Positions 59,958-64,000 of a stretch of DNA of 64,000 bases are shown piece after piece (the first letter of the stretch is position 1; the number at the start of each line of letters is the position of its first letter). The stretch lies in assembly GCA_963750165.1 (NCBI GenBank), contig CAVVPN010000012.1:1088001-1152000 (forward strand), given 5' to 3'. The notes below the pieces were generated by a model that saw only the letters and a list, made by a program, of their open reading frames with translations, was not told the origin of the DNA and did not search any database. The translations under genes and the position numbers were made by a program. Origin of the DNA: an uncultured Gemmataceae bacterium (GTDB lineage: Bacteria > Planctomycetota > Planctomycetia > Gemmatales > Gemmataceae).

Positions 59958-60905
59958 ATGGACCAGGCCGCCACCATCACGGTCGAGTTGTTCACCGCCA
60001 GCGACGGCTACGTCTGGCGCTACCGCCGCTACACGCCCGAACCGGCCGCGACCGCCCAGGTGGTGTTCCTGCACGGCATTCAGAGTCACGGCGGCTGGTA
60101 CGAGCATTCGTGTGAACGGCTGCGGCAGGCGGGCTTCGCGGTGTCGTTCCTGGACCGCCGCGGCTCCGGCCTCAATGACCAGGACCGCGGCGACGCTCCG
60201 AGCTTCCGTCGCCTTCTCGATGATGTGGCCGAATACCTGCTCTGGTTGCGCGGCCAGGCGGCGGGGCAGCGGGTCTTCCTGGCGGGCATCTCCTGGGGCG
60301 GCAAGACGGCCACCGCCCTGCTGCGCCGCCACCCCAGACTCATCGACGGCCTGGCGCTGCTGTGCCCCGGCTACTTCCCGATGGTGCGGCCGCCGCTGAG
60401 CCAGCGCCTCGCCATTGTCTGGTCGCGCCTGGTGGCGCCGCGGCGATTGTTCCCCATCCCACTCAACGATCCCGAACTGTTCACCGCCAACCCGCGCTGG
60501 CAGCAGTTCCTGCGCGACGACCCGCGGTCGCTGCGCCAGGCGACCGCCCGACTGCTGATCGAGAGCGTCCGCCTCGACGGCTATTTACGCTTCGTGCCGC
60601 GCTTCGTGACGGTGCCGGTGCTGGTGCTGCTGGCCGGCCAGGAACGCATCGTCCGCAACGAACCGACGCGCCGCTACGTCGAGCGCTTTGCGACCGCGGA
60701 TAAAACGGTGATCGAATATCCCGAGGCCCACCACACGCTGGAATTCGAGCCGGACCCGGAACGCTTCATCGCCGACCTGACGCAGTGGCTGACGCGGCAG
60801 GCGGGACAAACTCCGTCTCCCTCCCACCAGGGGGGAGAGGGTCTTCTTTCTCCCTCCCCCCTGGTGGGGGAGGGTCAGGGTGGGAGGGAGAGGGGCATCG
60901 CATGA
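59958..60905 (+). CDS. Alpha/beta hydrolase (lysophospholipase-like)
   Basis: HGIQSH, DRRGSG, GISWG, HHTLEFE. Confidence 0.9.
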   Translation: MDQAATITVELFTASDGYVWRYRRYTPEPAATAQVVFLHGIQSHGGWYEHSCERLRQAGFAVSFLDRRGSGLNDQDRGDAPSFRRLLDDVAEYLLWLRGQAAGQRVFLAGISWGGKTATALLRRHPRLIDGLALLCPGYFPMVRPPLSQRLAIVWSRLVAPRRLFPIPLNDPELFTANPRWQQFLRDDPRSLRQATARLLIESVRLDGYLRFVPRFVTVPVLVLLAGQERIVRNEPTRRYVERFATADKTVIEYPEAHHTLEFEPDPERFIADLTQWLTRQAGQTPSPSHQGGEGLLSPSPLVGEGQGGRERGIA

Positions 60906-61954
60906 CGCGCTGGCACGCCTTCCGTCAACTGGTCCTGGCCCGGTGGCGCGAGTTCTTCCGCGAACCGGAGGCCCTGTTCTGGGTGTACGCCTTCCCGCTG
61001 CTGCTGGCGGTGGCGCTCGGCCTGGCGTTCTCCGGCGGCCCACAGGCCCCGCCCGCCGTGGACGTGCAGGGCAGCGACACCGATCCGGATGTGGCCCCTA
61101 TCATCAAGGCCCTGAAAGCCAGGGACCACGGCCTCAAGGAGGTGGAGGCCCACGACGCCGACGCTTGCCGCCACCGCCTCATCACTGGCAAGACCGCCCT
61201 GTACGTGGTGCCGCACTCCCGCGGCCCGGAGTACGTCTACGACGAGGCCCGCGCCGAGAGCGTCCTGGCCCGCTACCAGGTGGACTCCCTGCTGATGCGC
61301 GACCGCCTCGGCGACAAGGCGCCGCCGGCCATCGACACGTACGTGAAGGAGCCTGGCAGTCGTTACATTGACTTCCTGCTGCCGGGCCTGATCGGCACCA
61401 ATTTGATGGGCGGCGGCCTGTTCGGCGTCGGTTTCGTGCTGGTGGACATGCGCGTCCGCAAGCTGTTCAAGCGCCTGCTGGCCACGCCCATGAACCGCGT
61501 CGATTTCCTGCTCGCCATCCTGACCGCCCGGCTGGTGTTCCTGGTGCCGGAGGTCGCGGTGCTGCTCGGCGCCGGCTGGTACATCTTCAGCGTCCCCATC
61601 AATGGCGGTCTGCTGGCGCTGGCGGTTGTGGTGCTGGTCGGTAACGCCGCGTTCGACGGCATCGGCTTGCTCATCGCCTGTCGCACCGAAAAGACCGAAA
61701 CGGTCAGCGGCCTCATCAACCTGGTGATGCTGCCGATGTACCTGCTCTCGGGTGTGTTCTTCTCGTCGAAGCGCTTCCCCGCGGAGGCGCAACCGTTCAT
61801 CCAGGCGCTGCCGCTGACGCAGCTCAACGACGCCCTGCGCGAGGTGATGCTGGAGGGCCACGGCCTGGACCATGTCGCCTGGCGGCTGGGCATCTTGCTG
61901 GCGTGGGCGCTGGTCACGTTCGCGCTGGCGCTGCGCTGGTTCCGCTGGCGCTGA
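60902..61954 (+). CDS. ABC-2 type transporter permease
   Basis: REPEALFW..FP, RYIDFLLPG, LSGVFF, LPLT. Confidence 0.9.
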   Translation: MTRWHAFRQLVLARWREFFREPEALFWVYAFPLLLAVALGLAFSGGPQAPPAVDVQGSDTDPDVAPIIKALKARDHGLKEVEAHDADACRHRLITGKTALYVVPHSRGPEYVYDEARAESVLARYQVDSLLMRDRLGDKAPPAIDTYVKEPGSRYIDFLLPGLIGTNLMGGGLFGVGFVLVDMRVRKLFKRLLATPMNRVDFLLAILTARLVFLVPEVAVLLGAGWYIFSVPINGGLLALAVVVLVGNAAFDGIGLLIACRTEKTETVSGLINLVMLPMYLLSGVFFSSKRFPAEAQPFIQALPLTQLNDALREVMLEGHGLDHVAWRLGILLAWALVTFALALRWFRWR

Positions 61955-61986
61955 CCGCTTCCCATGGTGCAGGCGGGCCGCCTGCA

Positions 61987-64000
61987 CTATGGCAGGACGG
62001 CGTCGTCCGGTCGTTGCAGTTCCAGCCAGGCCCGCCAGCGGCGCACGGCCAGACGGATGTTGTCCTGCGAATCCAGGAGCGTCGGCCCGAAGTCGGTGCC
62101 GCGCCAGCCGCACCAGGGCCTGGTGGGCGGCCTCCCGCACCTCCGGCGAGTCCTCCAGCAGCACGATCAACGCCTTCGCCGCGGGCAAACGCTTCCGCCC
62201 GACAACAGTCGCGGCGGCCGCCCGCACGCGCGGATCCCGGTCCTGCAACTTCGTCAGCAACGCCGCAGGGTTTTCGCCCGCTTTGCTGAGAAACTGCTGC
62301 TGGATCTTGCCGGCCGCCACCACCGCCCTGAACTGGTAGAGCGCTTGCAGTGCCACCTGTTCGTTGAGCAGCGTCAGCTGCACTGCGCCGTCCGGGCCTG
62401 TTCCTGAAAAACCACGGTGGCCAGTTTCGCATCGAAATTCCTTTGTAGCCGGCCGAAATTTTCACAGGCCACGAGTTTGTACCGGCGGTAGGCTTCGGCC
62501 CCGGGCCCGAATTCCACCGGGTTGCTGTACGCGCGATCCTCGACGCTTTTCAGAGCCTGCTTGAAGAGTTCGTGCGCCTGGCGCGTGTCCCCCTGAACCT
62601 GGTTCGCGGCCGTCGTCTGCATGATCGCTTGCCGGCCGACGACTTGCAGTCGTTGCTCCTGCTCCCGGATTAGCGCGTCCAGCAGCGCCGGGTGCGTCAG
62701 GGCCTGGAAGCGGAGCACCTCCAGGGCCGCCAGGTACGGTGAGTCCGGCGCGACGCCCGCGCCCAGTTGGCTCAGCACGTACCCCAGCGGCTGCTGGTCC
62801 ACGGCCTGTTCCAGCAAGTCGCGCAGCTGGAGGCTCAGCCGGCCGAACGGCTCGGTGAAGCCGAGGTCCATCTCGGCGGCCAGGTTCGTGCCGCGCACCA
62901 GCGCCGGAATGACCCCAGGGGCGTCGTCCAGTTTCCCCAGCGCCTGGGTGGTCCACTGCTGGGCGGCGTGGACGGTTTTCCGCACGGGGTCGTCCGGCGG
63001 TGCCGGCAGCAGTTTCGAGGCGGCCAGCGTGGACGTGAGGATGTGCAACTGGATCAGGTCCTCGACGTGCGGCCGTGGCCTGGCCCGCAAGTCGTCAAAG
63101 ACGCCGGCGATCAACTTTCCGGCCGCCGGGCGCCCGGCGGCTGGCGCGGGTCTACCGCCGGCAGGGCCAGCAGCGCGACGGCCCGCACGCAGAGATCCCG
63201 ATCTTTCAGACACTTCTTCAGGTGCGGGACGGCCGCCTTCGCCAACGGCCCCAGTTGCCCCAGAGCCAGCACGGCCGCCAGGCGGCGCGTGGGGTCCTGG
63301 TCGCCCAGCACGCCCACCAGCCGCTGCACCTGCTCCGGCCGTTTAACGGCCTTCTTGACCGGGGCCGGCCGGGCCCAGCTGTGGGTGGCGTTGAGGGCAC
63401 CGAGGCCGTCCCGCAGGGCGGCGTCGCGCGGCGAGCCGATCAGCAGGATGGCCGTGAACGCCGTCGCTTGCAGCGCCCGGTCCTGCTCCTTGAGACACGC
63501 CAGCAGCCCCGGCAGGGCGGCCTTCGCTTCCGGCCCAAGCTGCACCAGCGCGGCGGCCGCCGTGGTGCGAACCGAGGCGTCCGGATCCCGTAAGGCGTCC
63601 GCCAGCGCCTGCACGGCCTCGTTCGCGTCGCGGAACCGCGGTAGTGCCTGCACGGCACTGAGGCGCACCGGCAGGTCTGGCTCCTTGAGCGCGGCCAGCA
63701 AGTGCTCGATCATCTCCGGCCCGATTTCGTGCAGCGCCACGGCGGCCCAGGCGCGGGCCTCCGGATCGGGGTCGCGCAGCAATTTGGCCAGCCGCGGCAC
63801 CGCCGGCCGCGACTCCGGGCCGATCTCCGCCAGCGCCAGCGCGGCCAGCGTCCGCACCTGTGCGTCCTTGTCTTCAAGGAAATCGCTGACCGGCTCGACC
63901 GCTGCTGCCGCGTCCGGGCCGATGACCGCCAGCGCCCACAGCGCCCGCCGCCGTACCGGCGGCGCCGCGTCGGCCAGCGCCTTGATGAGTGCGGGGACCG
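61987..64000 (-). CDS. HEAT-repeat protein, 5' end outside the window, about 3 frameshifts
   Basis: LxDxDxxVRxxAAxALxxIGP repeats; continues over frames near 63135, 62385 and 62100 to ...GTDFGP...W..W. Confidence 0.75.

Noticed and set aside
61987..63200. Programmed frameshifting in the HEAT protein (also 49258 and 28430-28460)
   Set aside because: Single-base losses in GC-rich runs without slippery motifs; sequencing error or decay more likely

Overview
GC-rich window whose gene content (PSD1/DUF1549 cytochrome, DUF1501, DUF1552/DUF1592, LEPR-XLL proteins, TIGR02999-type ECF sigma plus Ser/Thr kinase-WD40, ECF-WD40 fusion) points to a Planctomycete, probably Gemmataceae-like (inference). 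Ordinary genes lie at about 1-5 kb and 49-64 kb. About 5-49 kb is a mosaic accessory region containing: (i) an integrase-less cluster of attC-like sites (5.0-7.95 kb) with an SMI1/KNR4 cassette and an ORF-less cassette, where three attC starts are preceded by the same AAAAGGGG(A/T)C motif; (ii) an ISL3 carrying a nested ISNCY-like IS and a MITE; (iii) an AbrB/VapC toxin-antitoxin pair coupled to a tyrosine recombinase (internal TAG) next to a dif-like 14-6-14 site; (iv) IS3, IS701, ISAzo13 and ISAs1-type elements or remnants; (v) a tRNA-Pro 3' att fragment with an integrase stub; (vi) a kinase with 28 WD40 repeats that have a constant framework and variable loops. The window also holds a family of short TAGAGCGGTT-ended elements with interchangeable cargo, several REP-like palindrome classes (two translated inside proteins) and a probable 6S RNA. 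Several single-base frameshifts in GC-rich runs may be assembly errors. All family assignments come from motif recognition by eye; no searches were run.
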